Part shown: positions 35,801 to 47,600 of the stretch, piece by piece | Numbering within the stretch: position 1 is the first letter of the stretch | How the letters are laid out: each line of letters opens with the position of its first letter | NCBI GenBank assembly: GCA_051294375.1 | Contig: CM119265.1 | Span: 22,518,636-22,582,635, forward strand | Direction: 5' to 3' | Length of the DNA stretch: 64,000 nt | Source: Paraspadella gotoi | Taxonomy: Eukaryota > Animalia > Chaetognatha | Notes under the pieces: model-generated | Told to the model about the DNA's origin: nothing | Databases searched by the model: none | The model's input: the letters and a program-made list of their open reading frames with translations, nothing else | Made by a program: the position numbers and the translations under genes

Positions 35801-38800
35801 CGAGAAAATTAAAGGTTTTTAACAATTCAATTATTTTTGCTTGGCAATTCGCTTTTCCGCATTTAACCGTCAATTAAATTTCCTCGCAGGTCTTTTGCAC
35901 ACCGAGGTGGTGCAGTGCATTTTGAGCGGATCAAAACTGGTTAAGATCAACGCCGTGCCCTTGGATCAGACGTCGATCCGCACGTTGCCGAGACGCAAAG
36001 GTCGTGAACATCGCGCGAGCGGCGGCGGCGCGCACGGTGAGGACTAAGGACGGAAAATTTCTATGCTGTTTGACATTTACGCGTGGGAAGTTTGCGAGAA
36101 CTTTTTCGGTTATTTCAGGAATCGGCATGACGAGGTTAAGCGCCAACATTCATAGAGAGCACGGTCATCGTAGAAAGCATTCCAGGACGCACAGGTGCAC
36201 TGTCCGACAAACTACATAGTACAAATTATTATTATTGTTATTATCATCATCATCATACGTTCATTATCAACTTATTTCGACATTTTTTCAGTCACGAAAA
36301 ATCAAGCGAGAAGAAGAAAAATCGCAGTTCGCTCTTGCGCCAACTCACGAGCAAAAGCGGTAAGGCGGCGGCGGCGGCGCAGCTGCATGGTCAGAGTTCG
36401 ATGTCGAGCAGCTACCACGGCGGCTCTTCACTTCCGCAGGTGGATATAAAGCACATATATAAAACAAGAACGGTATTTCCACTGTGTTGCGCCACAGTGA
36501 CTTTATTTCACATGTATTTCCCTTTGATCACATGATATGACTTGACATGACATGACTAAAAAACTTTATTCGCCCATGTATTTATGACTTGCACTGCACC
36601 AAAATTATCAATCAATTATCAAATGATATGCATTTTTAACATAAATAGGACAGACTGACAGACCGACCGAAAAGTGGCTTATAGAGTTGCTCCGCGAGTA
36701 CTCGCGGCGCAACTAAAAAGAACACGCATCGCAACTATCAATTTGCACATGCATTCTTGTTCTAGAAATCTGTTATATCAGGAATGTTCTCTCATTGACT
36801 GAATTTTTTCTCCTCTCTTCCAGCTCATATGCAACGACCACAACTACGCCCAGTCGCCGAACATCGGCAGTTCCCCGCCGTTGCCGCCGGGCGGAGGCAG
36901 TAGCAGCGTTCCGCCGTCTCGAAGTTTCACCTCGTTGAGCTTTCGGTCTTTGTCGTCCGGCAGCGAAAGTCTCGGCTCTGCAGGCGCCGGATCACCCGGT
37001 GCCGCCGGCGCTAAGTCGCCCAAATCCCCGCCGATTCACGCCCACGGAAAACGGGGCCGATCTCTGGGAGGATTGAATGGTAGGGATTTAAATTTCTAAA
37101 ATGGATTTAAAAAAGAAGTAGGAACATTTGATGTTCATTTTTGTTGTTCAGATTCTTCCTCTCCGGGGAGTTCACAAGGTTCCCCGTCTTCTTCGGTCCC
37201 TAATTCGCCGAACGTCATCGGCGCTACGACGCATCTCGGCGGAGTTCTGCACGCCGCCGTCGACAACTCCGGTGGAGCAGGTTCGCTCGCGAAATATGTT
37301 GGCGCGAAAGTTGTCTTTGTGATGGTTTCTTTTTCTTTTTGCATTGTGGCGTGTTTTCCAGTTCTGGCTAGCAGATCCAAGACCATACTCTTCACGATCT
37401 TGCGCGCTTTGTTGCAGATGAAAGTGTCACCAGGTCCGGGATATTTTCAAATATTTTTTACATTATTGTTGCATACTGTTCGTTTCCATATGTTTCGAAG
37501 TCGGTATTAGGTTTAGAATCGTTAAAAAGCCACGTTTCAAATTCATCCGCCACTCTTTCGTTGTTGCCCAACTTTTCCGATTATCTTTTGTTTAAACCGA
37601 TCTCCCCTCTCCTCACCCTCCCACCCGCCGGCCTCCTCTGCTCTTATTCGATTGAAGGAGCGATCGGTGCCGCGTCGTCTTCTGGTGCTGCCCCATCCGC
37701 TTTTCAACGGCCCTCGACTCTCGTCGGCCTCAAGAAACAATTGGCGAAAACGATCGGGGCGACGCGAGGATCTCCTCAGCAGAGGCGAACCTCCGTGGGT
37801 AAGTTATGGATGATAGCTGCTTGAATTAATTTATTTTGATAAATTTTAAATCCCCCTAGGTGGACACGCCATGCCTTTGTCCCCTCTCGCGCGAACGCCT
37901 TCGCCTTCTCCCATCGCTACATCACCTACAAGGTCCCCCTCGCCGTTGACACTGGGACACGCGGCCGGAAGTAGCAACATGACCCAGACTTACCAACCCT
38001 CTACTCACGGACCCAATTCAGGTAGCCCTCTGTTCTCACGAATGCTTTTTGTTAATAATATAAGTATCAATTTAGATAATATTTGATATTATAATGGCTA
38101 GACATCTCGCCTCATCCTCGTGGCGAGCGCGGCCACCATCATCATCTGCATTATCCTCATTATCCGAGCGGAAGTGGGACTTCGACGGCCGTCGCCTTTT
38201 CCCCTCACAGCAAGCAAAGATTTATGGCCGGTAGACCCAAGAGTTATTCTGGAGGACCTTCAGCAGGTTCGTAAGTTCTGGTATGGATGTTAATGACTTG
38301 AAACAAACTTACCCTCCCGCTCCCGCTTTCAGGTGTTAGTGGTAGCCACTCTGTCGACGGGATCGAAAGTCCTGGGAATTCGGGGGGCGCCATTCGTCAA
38401 CACTCGGCGTCGGCGGCGACAGGTAACGGCGGGTCGCCGTTGCTAAGGCGCGCGCTGTCGCCCGATCGTCTTCATCCGCAGCTCGATCTCCAGAGAAGCC
38501 ACTCATCGCCCGCCAATTCTGGCGGGTCGGCTTCAGGCAAGTATTTTGACGTTTCCAATTATGCTAAATGTATTATTCGTTTAATGTTTCGTTTTTGTTG
38601 TTTCCACTTTGTTATTTTGTCGTTCCTCCTGCGATCAAATGTTTGTTTAACTTTGCTTATCTGGGCAATGGGCATCCTACTTTTGCTGATCTAAACTATT
38701 TTTTCGCCCCTCGCATGTAGTCAGTTTCAGTTCGCATCCTTTTGTATATATTTTAAGCAAACTGTATTAAATTGTGCTTTTGTTTTCGAAATTTTCCTGG

Positions 38801-41800
38801 CTTCTCCACAGGCGTTGATATTGACCCATACCAGTTTCATTCCGGCGGCGTCAGGGGAAGTCATTTCCGAGCGTTTCATCCGCCTTTCCGCAGATCGACC
38901 GGTAACGAAACGTCTAGACTTCCATGCTACGCAGTAACCGGCATTGGGCGATTTCGGACAATAATCTCTTGTCTGTTTGCTCCCTGTCACAGATGCATGT
39001 TTGATTTACGCACGCGTTTTAATATCATTTTTTCCTCACATTAATAAATATATTTCGCACTTCATTCTAAAAAAAAATTAATCGTTCACCATGTACATCT
39101 ATTTGATCTAGGTGACAGTCCTGTCGGCGTTCCTCGATCGTCGGCGCTTTCACCGGGCGGAAGTCACACCACTTCCCCAAAGCGACTCCATCATGGTACG
39201 GGAAGCGGGCATCAGCCTGTCGGCGCCGGTCAACCTCTCCTTCAAGTTGGCGGCGGCGGCGGCCCGTCTTCGCTGATGCGAAATTCTGATCATATCGGTC
39301 AGAACGAGCGGGGCGATTTCAAGGCAAGGAGCAAGAGTCCCGGACTCAAGCTGAAGATCGGGCCGCCGGTCGGAAGTCAAGGTACGCGAGCTTTAATCTA
39401 CAGAGGGCATCATATTATAAAATGTGGTACTGTGGCAGCAAGACTTAAAGCTGCCTCACTGCTGTCCGTCCTCAGCCTCGTCTCAATGGCTGAGCAGGCT
39501 AAATCATCTCATTCCATCCGTGCGTCCCGGGTTCAATCCCTGGGTATCCCGGTTGTGACCAGAATCTGTTCCCACCAAACTACCCGATCGAATTTCATGA
39601 AATTTTACATATAGAGTCCTAATGACCATATAAATGGAACTATCGAAGCGAATTTTGATATTCAACCCATGACAAGAGATACAGGGCCCTGGTGCTGGAC
39701 CCTCGGGGGCCAAAAAAGGCTAAAATATTTTTTTATTTTTTATAATTTTTTAGTAGCATCAGGTTCATCGATGTCTTAAACATATAAAAATCTTTTTTAA
39801 AACTAAAATTGATAAATATTTTGCTAATTAATCGGTGTTTGAAGATGCATGGTTCGGTTTTTTTTTTCGTTTTTTTTTTCTCCCAATTTTCCCGCATTAT
39901 TCCAAAACCGCTGGTGTTCATGAAGCTGAAACTTAAAGTTAAATTAATATTTTTGTGGTAATAAATACATTTTTGTGGAATAGTAAACGACTGTGCAACT
40001 GTTCAAAACAAAAAAATTAAAAAGTTAGAAAAACAATTTTTTCACATTTTTTGCCCCTATTATTTGCCCCCTCCTGGGGGCTGGGGCCCATATCTCGGCT
40101 CAGGGGTCAAATATTGAAATTCGCCTCGTTCATAACAAATTTCATTAAAATCTATTCAGTAGTTTTCTCGGAACGTGTTCTGGTCACAAAAAAGGGTTAC
40201 CTCATTTTATAATATGAAGTCTTCTGTAATGACTAATGTGTTCGTTTTTATTTCGTTTTTATTTCGCCAGACGGGCGAATGCCCAACTTGGGTTTCTGCG
40301 TCTTTTGACCGTAGTCGTCATCGTCGTCACGCTGTTTTAACATTGAAAATAGCTCAAGTTTGTAACCATAAGAAGCTGAAAATTTAGATATGGTTTCTCA
40401 TCATTGAGGTCTTTTAAATTGTTATGTTTCATATTCCTACACTCATTTGTTTGTTTTATTTAAATAAATTTAAATAAAAATCGTTGTTAAATCTCTCTTC
40501 AAACTTTGTTCTAAATCAAATCACAACGAAACAGAAAGGAAAAAAACACAATGTTTTATTTACAAAATAATTTTTATATATATGAAATTGATACAACCAA
40601 TATAAAAACGAGTTCAGCTTTGCAGCGGCTGTACTAGAATAATTAAAGTTAAACTAACAATTATGATAATTAAATCATTAATTATTTAGCTAATAATTGA
40701 ACCACAAACAAACATGATCATTTACCCGGGCCTTAGGGCGGTTTATAAATTTTTTTTTTCTCAAATTTTATTTTTTTTAGTATCAAAATTTGTTGTCAAC
40801 CCAGATTTTTCTTTTGTTTTTCGTTTGCTCAGACTTAGTCTGTTTGTTTGTTTGTTGATGATCATTGTACTGAATCAACCTTGTTGTATTCGAATAAAAT
40901 CGCATATATTATTTGGTTAGCATCGTATCAATTATTTGGTTAGCATCATATCCATCGTTTGGTTATCATCGCATCAATATTTGGTTATCATCGCATCCAT
41001 CATTTGGTTATCATCGCATCAATATTTGGTTGTCATCGCATCAATTCTTTGGTTATTATCACATCAATCCTTTGGTTATCATCGCATTATTCCTTTGGTT
41101 ATTATCTCATCAATCCTTTGGTTATCATCGCATCAATATGTGGTTATCATCGAATCAATAATCAATTACTATTACATCAATCAATCAATTATTATTACAT
41201 CAATCAATTACTATTACATAAATAATTCATTATCGCATCAATCATTCGGTTTTTTTTAGGATTTTTTCATTAATTTTCTTTGATAGTAACGTCTGGCCAG
41301 ATCACTATACTTTTAAGATTTTTTTATTTAACTTTAGGGTTAAAACTTATTTAATAATATATCTTCAAAAAATCTCACCTTATGGTTGAATACATATTTC
41401 AGGCGACAGCGATTCACGTGCATCTGACAACTATAACGATGCGTTCGAACTACACGGCCGCGCGATTCCTCTCTCTACGCGTCCTGTTAACGCTCCTCGC
41501 GACGGGACTCAAGCCCAGTCGCACTCGTCGCAACTTCTGCAGCATCAAATGCTGCACTTGCAGCTGTCTGGTACCCGATCTTCGCCACAGCGCCAGCGCG
41601 TCCGCAGTGAACCAAGCGGAGACTCTTGCGTTTTTGGCCCCGTGGAAGAAAAAACGCCCCCTTCCCGGGCTTGCCCCTCTACGCCGCCCCCACCGCCCCC
41701 TCCTCGATCGCCCACCCCTCCGCCGCCGCCCCCGCGGACGCATTCAGCCTCACCCGGCGCGGCGAGGGAGAGCAGGAGAGAATTAGTGAGGTCAAAGGTG

Positions 41801-43306
41801 AGAGAATTTGAAGGTCAAAACATGAAACATTCCAATGAGTCTCTCAAGTTTTGTCCTGGTTTTATTTGATTTATTATTGATTTATTATTCGATTACTTTA
41901 ATATTAGTAATGTAATAAAAATTAATCATGTTTGTAATTTGGAGTTATTCTGACACAAAAAAAATATCCGTTTTTACTCAGAAAGTGACATCTGAATCGG
42001 CGAGTCCCAGTCCAAACCGAGGCAAGTCGGACACGCCCAGATCCCGGGGCGCCTCTCCCGCCATCCCACCGCGCTCCTCATCCATCCAGTCTCGAGAAGC
42101 AGGCACGGCTCCGCAGTCGCGACCCGGTCACGGCGTCGTCGCTCCGCCCTCTTCGATCGCCACTTCGACTCGATCCTCGCCGCAACCGATTCCCGCCCCT
42201 CCCCCGCCTCCCGCACCCGTTCTCACCCACAAACAACAGTTTCAGCGACACAGCTGCCCACCCGGAACTCTGAACAGGTTCGGGCGGGTTGTCGGCACTA
42301 GTCGCAATATCGAGTTGTATTTAATTGATTTGAATTTGATTTCATTTATTTGATAAACGTGATTCAGAGAGTATGTTACTGATTGCGACGATCTTGTAAC
42401 GCTTTTGCGCATAAGTGGCGTAGTCGTCGTCGGCGTTCCAACTTATCGATCGCCTTTTTGATGATTAAATTTGGGTGTATGAAGCTGGAAATTTATATAC
42501 AGCTTCTCATCATCGAAATTATCAAAACAAACAAATTTCCTTTATTATTTTTATGTCTCCTTCTCTCTCTCTTTTCTCTTTTAATTATATGTAGCTCTCT
42601 CTCTCTTTTCCCCCCAGGCTGATTCATCGAGAAAAAAAACGCTTTTTCTTTTTCTCTTTTCTCCTGCTGCTTCTGCTGCTGCCTTTTGATATCTTTCTTT
42701 TTTTCTGGCTGCCTCTGCTCCGCTGCTGATTCGTCCGAAAACGATTTGGCTTCTCTCTCTCTCTCTCTTAAATCAAATCTCTCTCTCTCTCTCTTTCTTC
42801 CTCTCTTTTTTTTTCTCAGGGGCTGCGTCTGCTGATCAGTTCATTTCTGAAACTGTAACTTTAATTTTCCTCGGTACTTTATTTTTTTTTTAATTGACAA
42901 TTGCAAAATCGAATTTTTCTTTCTCTTTATAAATTTTTTTTTTTTTCAAATTTTATTTTTTTTTATTATCAAAATTTGTCGTCAATCCAGATTTTTCTTA
43001 TGCAATTGCGACGATCCTTATGCTTTTAAGATTTTTTTTTTAAATTTCAGGCAGGACAGCTCATCGCCAGACATCGGACGCGGCAGGCCCGTTCTAGAAT
43101 GCGGTTCGAGTCAAGGCAGCGATTGCGGTGACGGAAGCGTTGGCAGCGTCATCAGCGTTGGGGTCGGCGTTACCTTCCGGCGTCCTCGAAGTCAACAAGA
43201 TTCCGTGAGATCGGGAAGCGGAGAGTTTTCCAGTTTGGAAACGGAAGCCGACGCCGCCAAGAGGCTCTCCTTTCAAGAGAAGAGGCAGTTCTTCGAATCC
43301 CTTTGA
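27134..43306 (+). CDS. MAST: Microtubule-associated serine/threonine kinase (SAM-like - DUF1908 - AGC kinase - PDZ - long S/P-rich tail), about 26 exons
   Basis: Exon 1: [23 protein letters not shown]1908: [14 protein letters not shown] and [16 protein letters not shown]...[18 protein letters not shown]. Kinase: [15 protein letters not shown]...HRDIKPDN...[10 protein letters not shown]...[12 protein letters not shown] tail [12 protein letters not shown]: [12 protein letters not shown]...GDLITHIN. Tail: [11 protein letters not shown] and [15 protein letters not shown]. The last exon (43051-43306) ends [13 protein letters not shown]. Confidence 0.95.
28530..28770 (+). repeat. Second copy of the hairpin-ended dispersed repeat, in MAST intron 1
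   Basis: GC-rich island in an AT-rich intron. Both ends match 1961-2375 in reverse complement. Confidence 0.7.
29528..30080 (+). mobile_element. HINE family A, diverged copy
   Basis: CAGCAGATC...CTCTATAATCCAC core, (GTCC)n, shared internal sequence, and 3' CGTGGGAAGATCC...GTTTGCTCAAACTT. Confidence 0.75.
32780..33301 (+). repeat. Family B-related element carrying a 22/23-bp minisatellite
   Basis: AAAACGAGTTCAGCT(C/T)TGCAGCGGCTG is shared with 40605. (CT)n and (GTTT)n are followed by TCAGTGAATGACTATCATTGCA and ATCAATCATTTGGTTATCATCGC tandem units at ~32955-33300. Confidence 0.8.
36649..36719 (-). mobile_element. 5' end of a third HINE family (family D)
   Basis: Minus strand reads TTTTTAGTTGCGCCGCGAG-TA-CTCGCGGAGCAACT (hairpin), then CTATAAGCCACTTTTCGGTCGGTCTGTC. 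Same layout and a similar core to family A, with a different subterminal repeat. Confidence 0.65.
39480..39552 (+). mobile_element. tRNA-like SINE head in a MAST intron
   Basis: A box TGGCTGAGCAGG (39487-39498) and B box GGTTCAATCCC (39530-39540) with a CCGGG/CCTGG T-stem. Similar to 390-459. Confidence 0.55.
39643..40128. repeat. Imperfect inverted repeat pair (transposon-derived)
   Basis: CGAAGCGAATTTTGATATTCAACCCATGACAAGAGATACAGGGCCC (~39644-39689) is an imperfect reverse complement of GGCCCCATATCTCGGCTCAGGGGTCAAATATTGAAATTCGCCTCG (~40084-40128). Confidence 0.65.
40605..41325 (+). repeat. Family B-related element with a ~23-bp minisatellite
   Basis: Segments shared with 32780-33301 and with family B. 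TTTGGTTATCATCGCATCAAT units at ~40910-41160. Ends CTTTTAAGATTTTT like family B. Confidence 0.75.
42383..43032 (+). mobile_element. HINE family B copy (5' slightly truncated)
   Basis: TTGCGACGAT, core GCATAAGTGGCGTAGTCGTCGTC, 3' subterminal repeat TTGCGACGAT (43006-43015), then CTTA...TAAG hairpin and poly-T. Confidence 0.8.
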
Positions 43307-44667
43307 AGAATATTTCCTTTCTCCCTCTCCTTTCTGGATGGGCGCGGAGCTGTCTCGGCAAAACCCGCGACTCTTACCTCACGCTTTGATTTTAGCCCAC
43401 AAAAATACACTCACGCAGGCACACACACGCAGACACCCAAAAACACCAACAACACGCCCTAAAAAACAGTGCTCCCTTCCCGAATAACCGAGATAGTTTT
43501 GATTGTAGTTTTGTTGTCACGAAGAGGAAGAAACAGTAAAAGTCTCGGATGTTTTTTGTTCTTTTGTCTTTTTTTTTTTCTACTTTTGACGGGCGGTGAT
43601 TGAAGGACGAGGAAGACGGATATGGGACGGATGGGACGGATATGGGATCCAAATGTTTCTCGCTTTGTTATAAACGCTGTTTTTATTTTTTGTCGATCGA
43701 GATTTTCCCTTTTTTTTTTTGACCCAATAAACAGCGCCGCGGTTCAAAAGGTTACTTTACGCTTGTTTTAAATAATATTACAGAGCTTTCTATTTGGAAA
43801 AATAATATTTAAAAATAAGATTTGTATTTCTTTTTTGTTTTGCGTATTTTCGCTCGAGACCGTTAGATGGGGGCAACCAAAACCTGGAGTGGAACTTTTG
43901 ATTATTAATATTATAATTACTATTATTCGGAGACTCCATAAATACCTGTCGACGACAATATATTTTTGAGATGCACCCAATTTTTGCTCCCGATATCACA
44001 CTTCTCTCTTAGCTTCAGCGTCAGCTTCATTTCATCTCGTCTTTCCTCTCTTTTTTAATCTTTCGTGTCCGTCTTATCAACAACAGTAGCGTAATTTCTT
44101 TTTCATGTCCCTTTAGAGGATATACGTTAATCTATTTCGTGAAGAGGGTACGGCAGAAAGAAAAAAAAGGATTGCATGACACGATAGTTTTACAAGAATA
44201 TTTTTGTGCCTCACACCGTTTTTATAGTAGTTATTTTGGCGAGGACGATTTTTAGCTTTTTTGGGAATGCTGTTACGTATTGACCTAGCTCTACTCCTGA
44301 AAATTAGTTTCTCAACTCAACCAGTTACAAAAAAGGAAGGAAACTAGTTATTTTTATCTAAACACGGTGCGTGAAAAACTCAAATACGTTTTGTTTTTTT
44401 ACTTGCACATTTAAACTTAAAATGTCATTTGGAATGTTTACTGTACTATCTAAAAATCATTCCATTTCGCTCGTCCAAGAATACCTTTTCCCTTCTTTGT
44501 GTTAGAACTCACCATTAATGTCTATTGTGATGAACTTGTAACTTCGATTTTCTAGGCTCATACGATGACAATTGAAATTTTTCGCTCCGATCATAAGGAT
44601 GAAGATATTTTAGAGCTGAACTATGCTTTAACTTGCCTTTGGGGTGGATAATCTAATGACATAAAAA

Positions 44668-47600
44668 ATGGGTAAAACCCAAAAGATGAAATATTTTCGA
44701 TTCGAGCTGATTTTATTAATTGGTCAGCTGTTCATCCACGGAATGGATCTCGTGCCTCGTTTGTCAAAAGGTTTTGAGAATTCGGGAATCACAGGTGGGT
44801 GTGATGTGTAGTGTTTTATAAATTGTGATAGTTGTGATATTGATGTTTAAATCGGTAGTAAAAAATATCGGCATTAAGTCTTGTTGTCTTACTTCGCCAT
44901 TTCGCGCGTTTAATAGATCTCGACTCAAGCGAGTTCAATTTTTATGATTAGTCAGGTTTTACATAATCCTTGGGAATTTGGTCTCCAGAGCACACGTCAT
45001 TCAACTGCCATCATCCGAAGGCCGAGACCCCTCAAGTCCTCAATATTAGCTGCCCCTCTGCTTCGGTCGATGTCAATTCGATCAACCAGAAAAATCAAGG
45101 AGCCAAGATTAAAATTGTTCAAGGAGTTTATGGAATTTCCACTTATCCAGGTCAGTGGAAAGTTACTGAAGTTTAATCTCTACATAATCATTTAAGGGAC
45201 AAGGACACCCTCTGATGTTGTGCTCGTTGTATGACTAATTGACTATTGACTAGTAAAGCGTAGTAAAAATTTCAAAATCAATTAGAATCAAAATTCGTGA
45301 AACCTGTGAACATGTCTTTAATCTACAGGAGTAATTTAAGGGTGGTTTAGGGGTAGTTAAGGTTAGTGGCGTTTAGGTTAATTAGGTAATATTTTTTACT
45401 ATTTTTTTATCTCGTCAGACGGGCCCGTCCTGGGCGAGATTTAGATTTTACAAGACAGCGTGGACGCAACCGAGCCTTTTATTGTTATCGTTTATAACCT
45501 TGTTGAAGAATAAATCATTCTTACTCTGAAACTTGTTGCGTCCACAACAGTTCATAATAGACTATTCCAATATTGATCAGCAACTTTTAATACGCCTTAA
45601 TGACTAGGTATTCGGTGCTATTACCACCATGGAGATTGTTTTATCGACGACATCGGCAGTTTAAAAGATTGCAGCGGAAAACGAAATTGCCAAATAACCG
45701 TCGATAGAAGGTACGGATTCTCCATATCAGCCGATGTTTTCGAGTCGTCAACATTAATAATCTCTTTAAAAAATTTTGTTGAAAAAAAGGTATCTGGGTC
45801 ACAAATGCGGCGGAAAATCGTTTTCCAACTATTTGATGGTCGCCTATCAATGCATTCCCGCTGCTTCCATCCACAACATTTGCGAGAGTTCCTACCACAT
45901 TTCTGTCTACAACGGTTTTATCATCTCCCCCGGTTATCCGAGTCCTTATTACAAAGGCGAGTCTTTAGCTCTTTAATCCGTTACGCGCACGCGCAATAAA
46001 TGACGTTGACAACGGAAACGCTAACGCTCTTCCCTCCATCTTCAGACATCAACTGCCAGTGCAACGTCTCCACTTCCGACGGCGGGCTGTTGTTCCGCGT
46101 GGTCGATTTCAGCACAACCGCTCTTAATTGCCAGCACGACTACGTGGCCGTTCATACCACGCGCAAGATAGAGAAGTTTTGCGGAGAGTATCCCTTGGGA
46201 ACCTTTTACAGGTTGGTTTACCCCTTTTTTGTTTTGATTATTAAAGGATGTTAAATGATTTTTTTTTTCAGAACTCGTGAGAGACAAGTTTCGCTTCAAT
46301 TCATCACCAAATTGTCCGCTCGTGGATTTTGGCTCGAATACAAAGCGCGATCAAGTAGGTCTTCTCTCTCCTTTTTTTATTTTTAACTTTGTTTTGGTTC
46401 TTTCGTTTCGTTGTGTTGTGTTGGGTTGTGTTGTGTTGTGTTGGTAGCATTAAAGGAGAAAAGTTTTTTTTAATTTTGAACAATGAATTTATTTTGCATG
46501 AAAAATGGACGTTTCGGCTTCAATGTAAGCCTTCATCAGCGCAAAGTGAGTGTCCATTTTTCATGCTAAATAAATTCGTTGTTCAAAATTAAAAAAACTT
46601 TTCTCCTTAAATATTTTTAACTTAAAACTTTTTTAAATGATTTTAGGCAAAAGTCTTCTTACTTTGGCCTGCGCCTCTCTCTCCGCCCCTACCGACCCAT
46701 CCGCCTCCACGACAAGACTTCCGACCTGGCGCTCTGACGCCAGCGCGCCCGACGCCGCCTCCTCGAACGCGTCAACTTCATCCGCGTTTCCCCTCGAAAA
46801 CTCTTCTGTCAAACACCCTACGGGCGTCGTGAGCGACAAAAGCAGCTTCGAACGCGACGCCGTCCTCGTTGACGATTCCGTTGTCTCCTCCAAGGGCCGC
46901 ACTCCCTCGCAACCCGTCGTCCCGACCAAGTCGCGGTCTTGTCCGTACTGGGAGGTCGGCTGCGGCGACGAGGAGGTTGTCGTGGACGGACTGTTGCAGG
47001 ACGAGTCGGGCGACGACGATTTTGTCGGCGCCGGACGTCGTATCGGTCAAATATCCACGATTCTTATCGTCGTCGGCGTCTCGGCCTTTGTCGTCTTTTT
47101 CGTAGTCTTCGCTGTGGCGTACCGGAAACGTCAGAGTGGTCTGGTCCGTAACGCCGACGAGGATCCGCCCTCTTCCGGTGATTTTTCATTTACGACCTCG
47201 GACGCACAAGTTCATAAATTCAATCACAGTTTTCCTTTGTTTGCAGACAACGGCGGCCTGGGATCCTTTTATCGCGGCGCCAAACTCAGCCTCGATTCCA
47301 TCAATTCTGCCTGCGAGTGGAACGGCGTTAAAACAACGGGCGCCTATAACGTCAAGTCGCGTCCACTTGATGCGGTCGGACCTGGCGGATCGACCCAATC
47401 GTTGGAGGAGTGGGGTCACGTCGACGATTTCGGCCTCTCACCGGCAGGGCCGGGCACCGAACCACGGAAGACCAATTTTTATCGTTCGAGGAGCTTCACC
47501 ATGCTCGACCACGTCGCGCAGGTATGAGTTTTGCGATGATGACGTTGGAGTAAAGTAAAGTAAAGTAAGGCACATACTAAAAAGTAAACGTAAAAGCAAG

